A stretch of 64,000 nucleotides of DNA from assembly GCF_009834535.1 (NCBI RefSeq), contig NC_045712.1, positions 32,798,001 to 32,862,000 on the forward strand, given 5' to 3'. The notes below the pieces were generated by a model that was given only the letters and a program-made list of their open reading frames with translations, made no database searches and was not told where the DNA came from. The DNA comes from Camelus ferus. Its lineage: Eukaryota. The position numbers and the translations under genes were made by a program. Shown here in pieces: positions 12,092 to 25,459 of the stretch; the first letter of the stretch is position 1; every line of letters starts with the position of its first letter.

Positions 12092-12649
12092 CCCAGTAAC
12101 AGGCTTTACTCTTAATTCCAGAGTTACAAATAGTCGTGAGACACAGGCACAGTCAGGGAGCTCTGGAAGCAGCAGTACCGTTTATTCCTCAGTACTTTCT
12201 TGCCTAAGGTCACACTTTGGCCCAGGATAATAAATTAAGTCCTTATGTGATATAGGTGTTTAGATGTAAAAACAGAGAGCTGTTTTGGTCAAGGAACATC
12301 ATTATTTTAAACTTAGATATACAGCTTCATGATATTTTTCAGGGAATCGTACCGTGTGAATTGACAGACATCAGATTTATTTATTATAAGCCATCCCAGA
12401 CAGACTAGGTGCATCCTGCAAAAAGCATTCCATGGATACAAAATCTCAAGCTGAAATATGCTGTTTGTTTGTTTGCCGGATGGTCTCTTGTTCACAGAAG
12501 GAAATGTGACCAAGCAACCTTTCTTGTTTATATCCCTGAGGTCCTCCCACAGTCACCTTTCCCCCGACCAAAATCAGAAGAGTATTGTTATCCTTATTAC
12601 AAAGCTCTGGCTATCCCTCTGACTTTTGTTCTTCCAACACTTTGCTATA

Positions 12650-12805
12650 TTAAAACGCAGTTCCCAGACCTGTACCATCACCTGGGAGCTTGTTAAAAGT
12701 GCAGGATCTCAAGCCCACCTAGGCTGACTAAATCAGAATCTGTATTTTAACAACATGCCCAGGTGATTTGTTTGCAAATTCAAGTTTGAGAAGCGCTGTT
12801 CTAAC
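12650..12805. mobile_element. MER5B/MER5A-like MITE
   Basis: catcacctgggagcttgttaaaagtgcag...aaatcagaatctgtattttaacaa...cccaggtgatt...aagtttgagaagcgctg. Confidence 0.65.
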
Positions 12806-13145
12806 ACACCAGGTCTTCCCTGCCCCAGGGCCTTTGCACCTACCCTGTTACTTATGTGTATGTCTTCATCTCTCAGGTTACAACTGAAAAATCACCTCTT
12901 CTGCCTCTCTCATCTTTTTTTTTTTTTTAAGTAGATGCCCCCACATTATTCTTGTATTTGCACTCCCACTTAACATTAGTTACAATATCTATTTTACTGA
13001 TTTGTTGTATTACTGCCTCGGCTGTCTCACCAGTTCTGAGCTCCTTGAGGGTCAGAAGTCATACCTAACCTGTTAAGCACTCGTATCTAATGAATATCAC
13101 TTGGTACATACTAGGTAGCCAGTAAGTAGTTGTTGTATCAGAATG
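12806..13145 (+). mobile_element. L2 3' end
   Basis: cccagggcctttgcac...ctgagctccttgagggtcag...cttggtacatactaggtagccagtaag. Confidence 0.6.
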
Positions 13146-13856
13146 TGCAGATTGATATTCCATGGCTGGGTTCCTGCCTGTATCTCTAACTTTATCTTCT
13201 TTATTCCTTCCTTGCACTCAGTGTAAACTAGTTATAATCCCCTCTTCCTCATCCTCATCCTCCTCATCCCTGGGCTTTCGCACTTGCTTGGATTTGCTTA
13301 AGCTGCTCACTCTTCCTGAATGCTTTCCTCCCATCTGTCCCCCCGAAAGAATACGTATTCATCCTCAGAGACTCTGCTCCAGTATTCTAGAAGAGACAGC
13401 TCAAGGCTAGTTGGGCCACAATGGTGTCTTGAATTACATTGAATTTTAGTGCGTTTACATGCATATTTCTACCATGATATTGAGATCCTCTAGTGGGAAA
13501 AGAAATAATTGTTTCTCATATCTGTACTGTTGTTGCTTGATGAAGTGCGTGAAACACAGGAACTGCTCAGTAAATGGTCTTTGAATTATGAGACAGGAGA
13601 AATACAAGAGAACGTCAGGAGGATGGTGTAAAGAAAGCCCACCCGCGTCTACTTTGAAATCGTGGCATAAAAAGTCCTCCCCGGACGTCATAGTCCCCGT
13701 AGTCCTGTGTACACTTTTCTTGCTGAAAAAGTACTTTTCATGTCCCTTAAATCTTCCAGCAGTCCTGGAAAGATAAGCTGAATCAAATAAACACTTCATT
13801 TGTCTCGCTTTCCAAAGATAAGCTCTCTTCTCAATGTAAAGATACACAAATACGCC

Positions 13857-14209
13857 ATCCTAGCCCATTCACGCTGTTATAACTGAGCGCCGTAGACTGT
13901 GTGGCTTATTACAACAGAAATTGATTTTGCACAGTTCTAGAGGCTTACAAGGCCAAAATCAAGGTGCCAGCGGATCCTGGGCCTGGTGAAGCCTGCTACT
14001 TGGGTCCTAGATGGCTGTTTCCTCACTCTGTCCTAATCGGTGAGAATGTTCTCTGGGGTCACTTTATACGGGCATTAATCCTGTTGATGAAGGCTCCACT
14101 CTTAGAACCGCATCACCTCCCAAAGGCTGCACCTCCCCACCATCACAATTGGGATTAATCTTCAACATATGAGCTTTTAGGGGGAGACACAAACGCTCAG
14201 TCCATAGCA
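13857..14209 (-). mobile_element. MLT1A-like MaLR solo LTR
   Basis: gctgttataac...acaacagaaattgattt...cacagttctagaggct...aatcaaggtgccagc...tcacctcccaaaggc...caacatatgag...cagtccatagca. Confidence 0.85.
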
Positions 14210-15959
14210 TGTGCTGTTTGGTAGAAGCCACTTCTTTCTTAGCTTTGTGGACTTATAAATTGTAAGACAGTAGACTCCATTTTTCAAATTGCCTAATTTC
14301 TTTTATAAACACGTGGTCATAGATAGCAACATAAATACACCTCAACAACTTTCTGAAAACTCTTTAGGGCTTGGGACAGAATTCTGTGGCTGTAAACGGC
14401 TTCTCACCTAGATGTAGGGTACCAAAAGCCCACTTACCCAAATATGTCATGTCCACCACATCTTCTGAGCTGGCGGCTGACCTTGAAAGCCCAACTATTT
14501 GAGTTGTTTCCCTGGATTAATGTGGAGATGTCTGTTAAAGAGATGATTGTCCAACTCAACATTGGACAGCACGTGCTCTAAAACAATTCTTACTGACTTA
14601 TGCTCAGTTTATGGGGAGCAGTAACCCATTTCTCTAATACAGAAGTTAGCCTTTTGGTTTGGCTCACCAGGCGTTCACAAGGAGGGTGAAATTTGGCTGA
14701 GTCTTGGTAACCTGAGTAGGGGAGAGCACGTGCCAGGCAGTAGGGCTGCGTGGACACAGGTGTGCAGACATTTTGCAAGAGAAGTCTGAAAACCTCATGA
14801 AATAATAGCTTAGTCTTCTTAAAAAGACAGAAGAAAGAACTTAAAATATATATTTTAATTGGAGATCACTGTCTTTAAAACACTGTCATATATGCAGTCA
14901 TATTTGCTTCTCCTACAATTCCATCTCACTAGAAAGAAAACTGAGCCATGCAGAAGCCCAAGATGATTCAGCTAGTATCCTGAGAGGTGACAACCCAGTT
15001 AACGTTCCCTGACTTTCCATGACTCCACAGGTTACACTAGTCCAAAAAAGGGAAAAGATCTGAAAGGCAAGGCTAGAATCCCAATCAAAATGTTACTTTC
15101 TCAATCAAAATATTAGTTAACCATTGTCAGCATTTTCCACAATGTTACTGGAGGGATACAGATTCTGCAGTATGTTGAGAAAATAGATGTTACCAGAGGG
15201 GAAAGAATTATTTGTTCTGTACTCATACGAATTAGAAAGCAGTGGCTTAAATCAAGGCACGATCTCTCCTTAATAGCACAACTTCTCAGGGTCTTTACTG
15301 AACTCAGATATATCATGGCTCCCTTGACATCACGACATCGAACAGCACGGTCTTTTATGTTCAAAAGATTATGTGCACAGCTAGTATCCATCAGAATGAG
15401 AGGCGGGGTAACGATCCAAAATAATTTGTGTAAAAACATTTTCTCTCCTCTAGTTCAGAGAAGAAGGAAGCATGAGCTTCAGAGGCTTAGAAAAAAAAAA
15501 TAGAAAGGAGGAAAAGAAAAAGGAAAAGAAAACAGAAAAAAATCCAAAGCTCTTCTTGTCTCAGAGGGTAAACTGATTGATGAGAACTCTTTCCCACTTA
15601 CCTGGCCGAGAGCATGACTCAGCCCAGGTGAGTGGGTGCAAAGCAATTTGCAAGTTGTCTGGAGTGTGAACACCTAAGACGGCTGGCTGAGCTGGTTAGA
15701 CACAGAGAATTAGTAGCAGTGATGCGAGGACTTTTATTATTCTTGCTTGTCTAGTTTGTTATAATTAAGAAAGTCAGAGTTGGGAGGCTCCAACCAAAAC
15801 ACAATAAGGATACTTAAAGAAGGCATTTTCTCCTAAGGATTTATCCCTTTATGTCTTTCTTGGAATAGAATTTATTCAGGCTCCATGCTACCATTTAGGC
15901 TCTGTAGGGTTAAAACAGAGAGAGAGAGAGAGAGAGGCCTTAATTTATTTTCTAACATA

Positions 15960-16163
15960 TGTATTTATTTTTTATTTTTAAAAATTATTTAATTTAATTA
16001 GTCAAATTTATTTATTTAAATTTATTTAAATTTTATTTTTTGAGGGGTAATTCAGTTTTTTATTTATTTACTTCAGCTAGGTATTTATTTTAATGGAAGT
16101 ACTGAGACTTGAACCCAGGACCTCATGCAAAGCATGCGCTCTGCCGCTGAGCTTTCCCCTCCC
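15960..16163 (-). mobile_element. tRNA-derived SINE, camelid Vic-1-like
   Basis: Reverse complement reads gggaggggaaagctcagcggcagagcgcatgctttgcatgaggtcctgggttcaagtctcagtacttccattaaaataaa...taattacccctc plus an A-rich tail. Confidence 0.8.
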
Positions 16164-16299
16164 TCTGGCAGCCCCAATTTTCTAAGTGGAAGTAGAAGAG
16201 GTAGGAGAATAGTACAGATGAAATGCTAGGAGATTTCAGCAAAGCAGAGTGCATTTCTACTGTGCAGGCATCAGAGACGATCTGGGTTAACTGAATGGT

Positions 16300-16900
16300 T
16301 GAAGAATTAGGGGGAAGGCTTGACAGCTGAAAGAATGAGTGGAAACTAAATGATGCAAATGGGGACCGAGCGGATCGAAGAGAAGCCCAAGCAGGACCCT
16401 TTGCTGAAAGGGTGATGGGTATGGATGGGGCTGGAGGCAGAGTGGAGGGTCAGGGGTTTGCTCTGCAGTGACTTGGATGCTAAAATGAGGTGTCTGCACT
16501 GTCTCCAGTGGGCAGTGGACTTGAATCCAGGATTCGGTAGAACCACACTCTCCTTTGAGAAGCCAGCCTGGCCACTTCATGACAAATAGCCACCGTGAGT
16601 TGATCTTCTAGGCACAAGTGGATGTTGGGAAACAACGGAAGTACGATCACTTCATGTGGAGAGAGATGAACGAAGAAGGAAACATTCGGATGTTTGATTT
16701 CAGATAGTATCTGCTATGAGGAGAAATAAAGCCGAGTAAAGAAATAAGAAACAACAGAGGAGACCTAACATCAGAGTAGTTAAGAGAACATAGTAATTAT
16801 AACTTCAGTAGAGCTGTGTCTTTGGGGCCAAGGAGGAGAAGGATTTACTGAAGAAGGCTGGAACAAATTTTGCTGTTTTTTGAGGGGAGCTAGGTGGAGG
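16300..16900 (-). mobile_element. Degenerate L2
   Basis: Purine-rich antisense L2-like motifs (gaggtgtctg...gtgggcagtggacttgaatccagg). Confidence 0.45.
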
Positions 16901-16944
16901 GGGTGTCAAAAAATGACAGTATAGTTACTGATATTAATTGCAGT

Positions 16945-17162
16945 AGACATAATTCATTAAGCTTTTACTATGGGTCAGACTGTATGCTTCACACACATCA
17001 ATTTTCTCAGTAATTCTAGGAGGTAATCATTACTGTCTGCATTTCACAGATGGAAAGAAAAAAAAGGTTCAGACAGCTTAAATGACTTGGCCAGTGTCAC
17101 TCTGCTAGGATTTGAGCCCATCTGTCTGACTCAAGTGCTGAGGTTATTAACTCCTCTGCTAT
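16945..17162 (-). mobile_element. MIR
   Basis: ttcattaagcttttactatgggtcag...catttcacagatggaaa...aaatgacttggccagtgtcac...ggatttgagccc...tctgactc. Confidence 0.75.
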
Positions 17163-18229
17163 ACCCCAAAAGGTTGGAGGGTGTGGAGAGATCTAGACAA
17201 TGGGGAACAAGGTGATACTTCCAGTTTTAGCTGTATAGAGTCTGAAATGCCATATGGCGTTAATTGTTGGTGATATTCGGCTGGAAGAATCAGAGGTCGA
17301 GAGAGAAGGGAGAACTGAGAATGATCGTCTAAGCATTTTGCCTGGTTTAAGTTGATCATTGAAGGCATAAACTATTCCAGTAAAAATTAATAATTATTTA
17401 GGCAGCTATGACGCCTCCAGCACGTGACTTACACGTGTTGTCCCTTTTACAACAGAGAGAGCCCATTCGTAACAAATAAGCTTGGGAAACTGACACTCCT
17501 AACTGTTGACTCACTTTTGGTCATACTGTCTGGAGTCTTTGAACCCAGGAAAGGCAGACCTCCTAGCTCATGCACTTTCTGTGTTAAGCCGTAGCTAAGT
17601 TTTCCAGAGAATGTTCAGAGAACAGTCAGGGACCTATTGAAATCAAGTTCTGTCCTTGGCTGCAGTCTGTTTCTCTCCCACTCCGTGGTGTGTTAATTAT
17701 GTTCATGTTTCCACTGCCTGGCAACTCAGCGCTCCAATTTTAATTCCCTTCCCTCTCTGAAGAGAACGCCAAGGACATTTCAACTATAAACTTCATTCTC
17801 TAGATGTGTATTAAATGACTAGAGAACAGGTAAGATGCATGTATGTCATTACACATCCTTTCATCAAGTCTCATTACAGTTCAAGTTCTGGCTGGGGAAA
17901 CATCACTTCTGGAGGGGAGCAGTCAGTCTTTACTTTCTGCCGTTTAATCTGACAATGCTGTTGAGTCCTGTCTCAGAACTGAGTTTCCAGCACTGAATAA
18001 AGTGGACAGAAGTTCTGAGTTCGTGGAGTTTAACATATGAGTTGGGAGACAGAGGTTAATGAAGTCACGTATTTGCATAATTACAAATTGTGTTAAATTC
18101 TTTGAAGAGAGATCTTTGAGAGTTTATAAAAGGAGGAGCCAACCCCACAGGGGTAGGGGCATCCTGAACGAGAATCTGGTGAACTGAAGAGTTGTAGAAT
18201 GACATATTACAGCCCAAAAGCCACTGTGG

Positions 18230-18460
18230 ACAGGATGCGTCATGGGATTCATGTGAGGCCAGGAGCATGAAGCCGGCTGGTGTGTGTTCTTGCCAGGTGA
18301 TGCTCATCTGGGAGGTCTGAGAGCAAGAAGATGTCTTTGAAGAATTAAGCAAAAAGGTGATGTGATCAGATCCACATGCTAAAGAATCCTTCTGGCTGTA
18401 ATGCTGGTGATGGGATGAGGAAAAAGCCAGCAGTAAAGGGAGGTAGAGGAGGTGTGGAAA
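18230..18460 (-). mobile_element. L2 fragment
   Basis: ttaagcaaaaaggtgatgtgatcagatccacatgctaaagaatccttctggctg. Confidence 0.5.
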
Positions 18461-18740
18461 CAAAGACGAGAATAGGGGATTCATTTCTCTGGGGCGATCA
18501 TTTTCATCTCTTTTGCTCCCAGCAGTTTGAACAGGGTCCAATACCCAGGAAGCTTACTTAATGTGTAGTTTGTTGACTGAGCTAATTAATGCGATTGCGA
18601 GAAATAAAACCAACACAAGCTGTTGGTCACTTAGATATGGGGGGAGCCAAGGGAGGGGAAGATGACGAAGACGCAACTTCTGGCTTATGGGTAAATTAAG
18701 CTGCCATGCACTAGGGCTTGGTCCTTCTGTTTTCTTTGGA

Positions 18741-18958
18741 TCTGAGTCAGCCAATATTTTCTGTAAAGGGTCATATAGTAAATAGTTTAGGTTTTGTAGG
18801 CCATACATTCACAATACTCAGTTCTGCCACTGTAGCCTGAAATCGGCCATAGACAATAGGTAAATGAACTGTATAGTGATGTTCCAGTAAAACTTTATAT
18901 GTAAAATGAGGTGGTAGAAAGGACTTGACCCACTAGGGCCATGGTTTGCCAGTTCCCA
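18741..18958 (-). mobile_element. MER58A (hAT-Charlie)
   Basis: ttttctgtaaagggtcatatagtaaatagtttaggttttgtaggcc...ctcagttctgccactgtagc...gttccagtaaaacttta. Confidence 0.8.
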
Positions 18959-20046
18959 GTGCAGATCATGCGTTCAGGTATGACGAAGTTTATTTGAGGT
19001 GTTTCTGAGGCATCCACGTGAATCTGTTTAGGTTATAAATTGTTCTGAAATCCGCACTTTAAAAAAACTACTTGCGATTGTATTTAATAATTAAAGCAGG
19101 ATTAAATAGCTCATGTTTGATTGGTAAGCATCATTTTGGGAACCGTGTCCCCAGAGGGGGACTAAATAAGAGACGATTTGTAGATTTGTGGTTAGCATGT
19201 AAATTACAAGGAGATGGCTCCTCTGCTCACAGTATTGTTTCAGAAAGAGGCGGATAACCAGTGTCAGCACATGTGCGTGTCTGGACATCTGAGTACACAG
19301 TATTTTTTAAAGAGCATCAACATTCTGAAAAATTGAAGGTTCCACAGAAAGCTGCCCTGATTCTTCTGGGAAAAAAAATTTAAAATAAATAAATAAAAGG
19401 AAGCTCCAAAGTCAGGTAAAGTCAACCTTTTTTAGTTAGAGATATAGAAAGGTTTAATAAGGAAGGAGAAATCTAGAATTATTTCAGGGGCAAACTGTTC
19501 AGTCAATCTGGGAGCTTTTCATTATACAAATTTAGCAAGAACCACCCCCATTTCCCCTTGTACTTGAGGAAAATGCAAGCATTGAAATAGTAAATGCAGA
19601 TCATTTAGGCAGAACTATTACGAAACCTATTCTTCGTGTATACTTTAATGTATACATTTGTATTTATATGTATGTATAATTTCATCTGCATGCCTTAGAC
19701 TTAGTTGTTTGAGGGCAAAAATTATTTCTTACTCCCACCCACCTCATTTATTTACTCTATGGGCTGGGCCTCTGTAGGCATTTTAAGTTGTTTGGCTGAT
19801 GACATGAAGGTTAAGGCTGGAGGCCTTCCTGACTGACTGTGCAAATCTGTAATTCCACTCCAGCTTCATACTTTCTCATTAAATCATAATAGAGTGTAAC
19901 TGAGCATTTTAGGTGACCTTTCCAGGCCTTTAATGAGAGCCAGTGCATCGCAAGATCAAGAATAGTAGAAGCCTGTGGTCACTTGGTCTCTAAACAATGC
20001 AAATATTTAGAAGATAATATTCAAAGCCCTTTTAAAGAGCTTAGTT

Positions 20047-20166
20047 CAGTGGTTCCCAGACTTGGCTATGTATCACTTATGAGCTTTAAAACACACTGCT
20101 GCCTAGTTAGAATTTTTAGAAGAGCCCCAAGGGGTTCAAATGTGCAAGTGAGTTTGGGAACCTCTG
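20047..20166. mobile_element. MER5A-like MITE, internally deleted
   Basis: cagtggttcccagacttggct...gagctttaaaa...aatgtgcaagtgagtttgggaacctctg, both TIRs present. Confidence 0.6.
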
Positions 20167-21379
20167 GCTTAATTCAAACTAAGGTCTTAGTATCGGTACA
20201 GAGCTGTCCACGTGTTGGACCTCGAGGGGCTTTACAAAGTGAGGTGAAGTTCTCCATGGATGCCCATGGTCTACTGTAGTTAAAAGCCCATCTTTTATGT
20301 ACACATCTTTTATGTATACTGTTATGAAAAAGGCAGATGGCACTTTCTTCCTAGACTACATTAAATGTCATGAATTTTACAACTAATTACCAATTTTGAA
20401 AAAGTAGAATCTGAATTGTTTTAATTGTAATAGAGCAGTCCCCAAATTCTGTTTTCTGGTCCAGTCATGCTGCCTAAGGTTTAACAGTCAGGGCTGAGGC
20501 TTCAGTAAAGACACTGAGGTGCTCCAGAATTCCTTGTGCAGGCCTTCCACCCTCCCCACTAAAACCTCAACCTGCCTCTTCGCTAGTATTAGAAATTCAA
20601 CATTCCTGTACACTTTTCCTGAAAAGATTTTTTCCATAGATTAGCCAGGACAAATGTATTTTAATGAACAAATGGTGTTTTAATAAGAAAGCTCTTTTTA
20701 AATCAGCTCATTCTATTAAGATTTTAATAAGTAAAAATAGTATCGCAGAGAATTATGCAGTAGAAGCACCAGGCAGCTTGCTTTACAGAGTAAGCCCTGG
20801 AAATATGCAGATGGAATTTCACCAAGAAAAAAATACCCCCGAGTGACAAAGTTTCCTTTCAGAGAGAGAATGTCTGTGTGGGGAAAGGAACAGATCTCTT
20901 CTGAATAAAAATGGATGCACTAAACAGCGTTTATAAAAATTCTCTCTTTGATTCCTGCATTTGGCAGCAAGACAGCAACTAATGTGGTCTTATTTTAAAA
21001 TCCCAGTGATTACAAGGTCTGCACGTCCCCTGTGGAGTTGCTCTTTCTCTCCTAGAGCCAGACCCCAGTGTTTCTTTGCCAAGCACATGCTGAAGAGCTT
21101 TCGGTGTCAGGTGTTTTTTTCATTTGTCCTCTCTGAGCCAGAGGCAGGGGCATCGCACCTGGTTTTTTGAGCCCAGGTCTTGATCACCCTCTTTTCGGAG
21201 TCTTTTCAGGAGACAAAAACAAGTGTTTCTGAACATGTGTGATTCAAGCGTGTCCTTTTCTTGGGGAACTATCTACTGCCCAAGCAAGACCTTGAATTAT
21301 TGGCTGACTAGCAGCCGCAGGTCTTCACGTACCAGATGCAGAAATAAGGAAGAGTGTGTTCAAATGTTTGACTGCAAGT

Positions 21380-22150
21380 GGTAGCCTGCCCACGCAGTAC
21401 TGGTTAACCCACGAACATCTACCATTTCCTGTTCACAGTTCAAGGGTAGGGTGGTCCCAGTGTTGGTTAATTCGGTTAATGTAAGTATCCACTGTTAAAA
21501 AATGATTAAAGAAGACAATTTAGGCAATACAAACAAACTTAATTTAATACTTTGTGGTCAGTCTTCTTTAAGAGAACTGCAAAATGGGGTGGAAGGCAGA
21601 AAGATCATATAGAATAAAGAACATGGAAAAGATATATAGAAAATATCAGATTGACTGGAGCCACATAGTCAACCGTTTTGGAGGTGAGAAGCCCCTGCCT
21701 GAGTTGACACAGCATTTGGAGCTCGGCTGACTAGACATACTGCATTGCTAGCCGAGTGAAACTTGTTTATAGGGGTGTGAAAGTTATCTAAATTTTGGTT
21801 TGCTGATGTGCCACCCTGGATAGGAGTGGCTCCATATTGAGCCTAAAAAGTGATTTCAACACAATCATCAAAGATAGAGGTTTTTTTTTCCTGCTGTCCT
21901 CAGTGTATTGGCTTTGTTTCTTAGGCTTGCGTCTCTCTGGTGGCAAAATGGCTGCTGTAGCTCCCATTTGTGCACATCAAAGTTCAAAGGCTGAAGATAG
22001 CATATCTCTTCTTTGTGTCTCTTTTTTAATACTGCAGAACATTTTTCTAGGACTCCACCAAAGGCTTATTTTTGCTTTCATCAGCCAGAATTACACAATT
22101 TTCTCTTTCTAAACTATTGATTGGCTTATCCATAAAATCTACATGATGTG
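21380..22150 (-). mobile_element. MLT1J-like LTR, interrupted by an ERV1 LTR at 21493-21861
   Basis: tggttaattcgg | atcatcaaaga...ctgtcctcagtgtattggcttt...gcaaaatggctgctgtagctcc...ggccagaatt-like end. Confidence 0.6.
21493..21861 (-). mobile_element. ERV1-class solo LTR (MER57/MER51-like termini)
   Basis: TG...CA termini with short inverted ends (tgttaaaaaatgatt / aagtgatttcaaca); interrupts an otherwise continuous MLT1J. Confidence 0.6.
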
Positions 22151-22368
22151 TGTGATGTTAATTGATGGTACTAGCTCTAAAATTCTGTTCTCTTGCCAAG
22201 AGCTGAGATCTCACCTGACCTTCCCCATAAGCCAGCTACTGAGCAGATCCAGTGTCCAATAACCATAAACTTTGGGTGTCCAGGAGGAAAATGCATCCTT
22301 TTCAGGGAATTTAGAGCTATATCTTCTAAAGAAGATAATGTGAACATCCTAGCCTTTGTCCAAATCTT

Positions 22369-22708
22369 TGACCTAAATAAATAGACTGACATATATTTCT
22401 CTAGCAAAAATGGCTTTATTTGAGATCAGGAAGAGAATTGCAATTCAAGGTCTGAAACCACAGCGAGTTATATGCAAGACCCCTTCCAGCAAGGGAAGGA
22501 GAACTCTTTTATAGAGTCGAAAAGGAAGTTAGGAGGGCAGTAGTAAACAGAACCTGTCTTTTCATTGGCGGAGTCCTTGCCAGGAAGTACAGAATCTTTC
22601 TTCTTCCTGTTAGGTTCCACTGTGGGCATGGGGCGTGGGGCGTGAGAGCTCCCCCTTCTGGTCTTCTGGCACTGCTTAGTTGAGATTTCTATTTAGTAAT
22701 TGTTTACA
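22369..22708 (-). mobile_element. ERV1-class solo LTR
   Basis: ggctttatttg (AATAAA on minus), ttttatag (TATA on minus), cattggc (CCAAT on minus), ends attgtttaca. Confidence 0.5.
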
Positions 22709-24219
22709 TAGTTCTGCAATTTAACTTTGGCTTTCCAGCTAACTGTTTTCAGCTAACACAGTTGTGTTGCAGAGTTCAGAACAAACTTGAAATTTGCATT
22801 CCTTACTAATCTTTTGACAAAGTAAATTGACATTATAGTTGATTTTTCATACCTCTAAAGTATTATTCTTCCTTAGATGGGTGCCCATGGGCACTTGCTG
22901 CTGTTTCTTCACACGAAACAAAGCACTGAATCGGTGTGGATAGGTAGAGATATACGCAAACCATATGCGTCGCTTTAATAAAATTCTGACTTACAGGTGC
23001 TCTTAAAGGTTAGTTGGTACCTTCATGGGAACATAGGTTATATTTTCAGTAATGATTTTTGTTGGCAAAGCAAGTAAATTAGACGTTTGTTCATTTGGAG
23101 CAAAAGGCAACTTTGTTGCTTTAATATATACAATTACATTGAGTTGAGATCTACTTTAAATGAAAATTGAAAACAAATGAAGTAATCAGTCAGCGTAATG
23201 TTTGTGGTTGCTGCTTTTGTATACATTTGGTTAAGTTGAGAAAAAGAAGCTGTTCAGCATTGCTGGCTATTTTATTTTAATCTGGAGTTGAGGAAATTGT
23301 AAACTGGGAACATTTGAAATTGGCTGTAAAATATTACATATAATGATAATTTGTTTTTATAGTTGTATGAGCCAGATCGAGTTTAACCATACAGTATATT
23401 CGTTTCCACTAGTGTTAGAATCAGGCAGTCTCAAGTGTAGCTAATGAAATTTATTTGTAAGTTTTGTTGTTGTTAATCTTTCTTACTAAACATGAGTAGC
23501 ACCTTTTACTTTGACATTTAGAAGCATTTGTATTAATAATAGCAATTTTTCAGGTTCCAAGTTCTTGAAATTGAACATTTATAAAGTTAATGCATATTTT
23601 TCTCTCTCTTATTACAAATTATTTCCTTAATTTTATGACTTTTTGATGACTGCCTATGTCTTACTGGCTCAAAAATGATGATTTTGAGAAAGAAATGATT
23701 ATGTTTTATATTTAGTTAGATTTATTCGTGCTGACTTGGGTTTTGTGCTCAGGCAAGTGAGTCATCTGAAGATTCTTGGGTCTGTGATTAAAGTATAAAT
23801 TCAACCACTAGGTTATGGTATTTTATAAAGCTTAATCCCCAAGCTGTTTTTTTTTTTTTTTTCAGACTTAACTGTATTTGATTTGGAGTCTGAACATAGT
23901 TCTCATTCAAGTTTTGATGGAAGTATCACATCCTGCTATACGCTGAATCCTGTTTTAACACAGCACTGAAATTCTACTGAGCAATAGAATAATTTCCCCT
24001 CCCCTTATCTCTTAAAATTATGCATTTTGCAAAAGTTTCAAACTTCACAGTATCTTTCTAACCTATATTTTGGTTCACTTATCTTAAAAATTTAGTTAAC
24101 TAGACATGGGGAATATCACCCAAATTTGTTCACTGGAATTTATTCTGTACATTTAATTTTCTCAGTACATCTTTTACAGCTTGTAGATACTAAAATTATT
24201 TATTTAGTGTGATTTTTTT

Positions 24220-24595
24220 CAGGACCCTTGTTTGCAAGTGACAGAAATGCAATTCAAAGTATTTCAGCATAGCAGAGTTTACTGGCTCACATAACGACAC
24301 AATACAGGGAAAAGCTCCTTCAGGCGTAGGTACATCCAGGAGCTCAGCCTCATCAGTAATCTTTCTCTTCAGCTCTGCCCTGCTTCCCTTTGCATTGGCT
24401 CCTTTCTCTGATACACTCCTTTCTTCTTGTATCCATGAGCTCCAGCATACCTACATCCTGGAAATGGTAGGTCCAACAAAAACAAAGATTTTTATCCCCT
24501 GTAATTTCAGTAAAAGTCACAAAGTTATATTCTGTGATACTCAGTAATGGCACCATCCCTGAGCCAATCTCTGTGGCTAGGCGGATGGAACGCAT
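24220..24595 (-). mobile_element. MLT1J/K-like LTR
   Basis: ttgtttgcaagtgacagaaa...ttactggctcacataac...ttcaggcgtagg...atccaggagctca...ccctgagccaatctctgtggctagg. Confidence 0.6.
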
Positions 24596-24778
24596 TAGTG
24601 GTTGACAGTGTGGCTGGAGAATCCCCAGAAACACTGTCTGAGATTTTGTTAGAAATGCACATTCTCAGGTCCCATCATAGTCCCAATGAATCAGAATATC
24701 CAAGAGGCGGGCCTGATATACAGGTTGAAAAAAGCCCTCCAAGTGATTTTGATGTGCACTTGAGGTGGAGAACCACGC
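24596..24778. mobile_element. MER5A MITE
   Basis: ttgttagaaatgcacattctcaggtccca...tgaatcagaat...aagccctccaagtgattttgatgtgcac...ggagaaccac. Confidence 0.7.
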
Positions 24779-25459
24779 AATATCCTAATTAGCCCAGCCT
24801 GGTTCCTGCTTGTAACCCCTGGTGCTTCAGTGTAAATTTCATCTCTCAGAAAGCATGTAGAAGAGAAATCTGAGGAACTGATATTGGGGAAAAAAGAAGA
24901 ATAGATGCTGTGTTGGCAAAGACAAGATTTCATCCCAGTGATAAAGCTCTTTGTTTCTAATGCCTTTATTTCTCAGAACACTGCTGATTATGAATTCCCC
25001 TCCAGAAAGCCAATAATCTAATTAAGCAAGTACGCGTTCACCCGCCTCTCACACATAGTGTCTTGAATTTCATTCCAAATAGGTACATGGCCAATTTTGA
25101 AAGGTTTCCAGACCATGTTATTTTCTTATCAGATGCTTCCTTACCCGCAGTCAAAACCTTCAGTAGTGAACCTTATTACTTCTCTGTGATAAATAGTAGA
25201 ATAGTTTCCCTTTGCTGCAGAATTTCTCAGTGAAAATGACAGTGATGCCTACAGAATTTTTGCAGAAGTGGTCAGCATTGCAATAGCATCCAAAATAATT
25301 TTAAAGTATTTTTTAAAGCATCTAATAAGGGAGATGAATATGTCTTTTCACATTACTTAAGATTTTTAACTTAATTCGGGACGTTTGCACTTATTATCCA
25401 GGAGACGGCAGTAGAGAACATGTCGGTAATTTTTCATTTTTATCTAATCGTAAGAGTAT

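Noticed and set aside
15113-15503. Stop-free frames on both strands (about 108 and 129 codons) with a CAHNLLN motif resembling the hAT CxxH motif
   Set aside because: Several ORFs of this length are expected by chance in 64 kb x 6 frames, the C-H spacing is wrong for hAT, and no homology was recognised.
18065-18541. 158-aa minus-strand ORF
   Set aside because: Overlaps a degenerate L2 and resembles no known protein.
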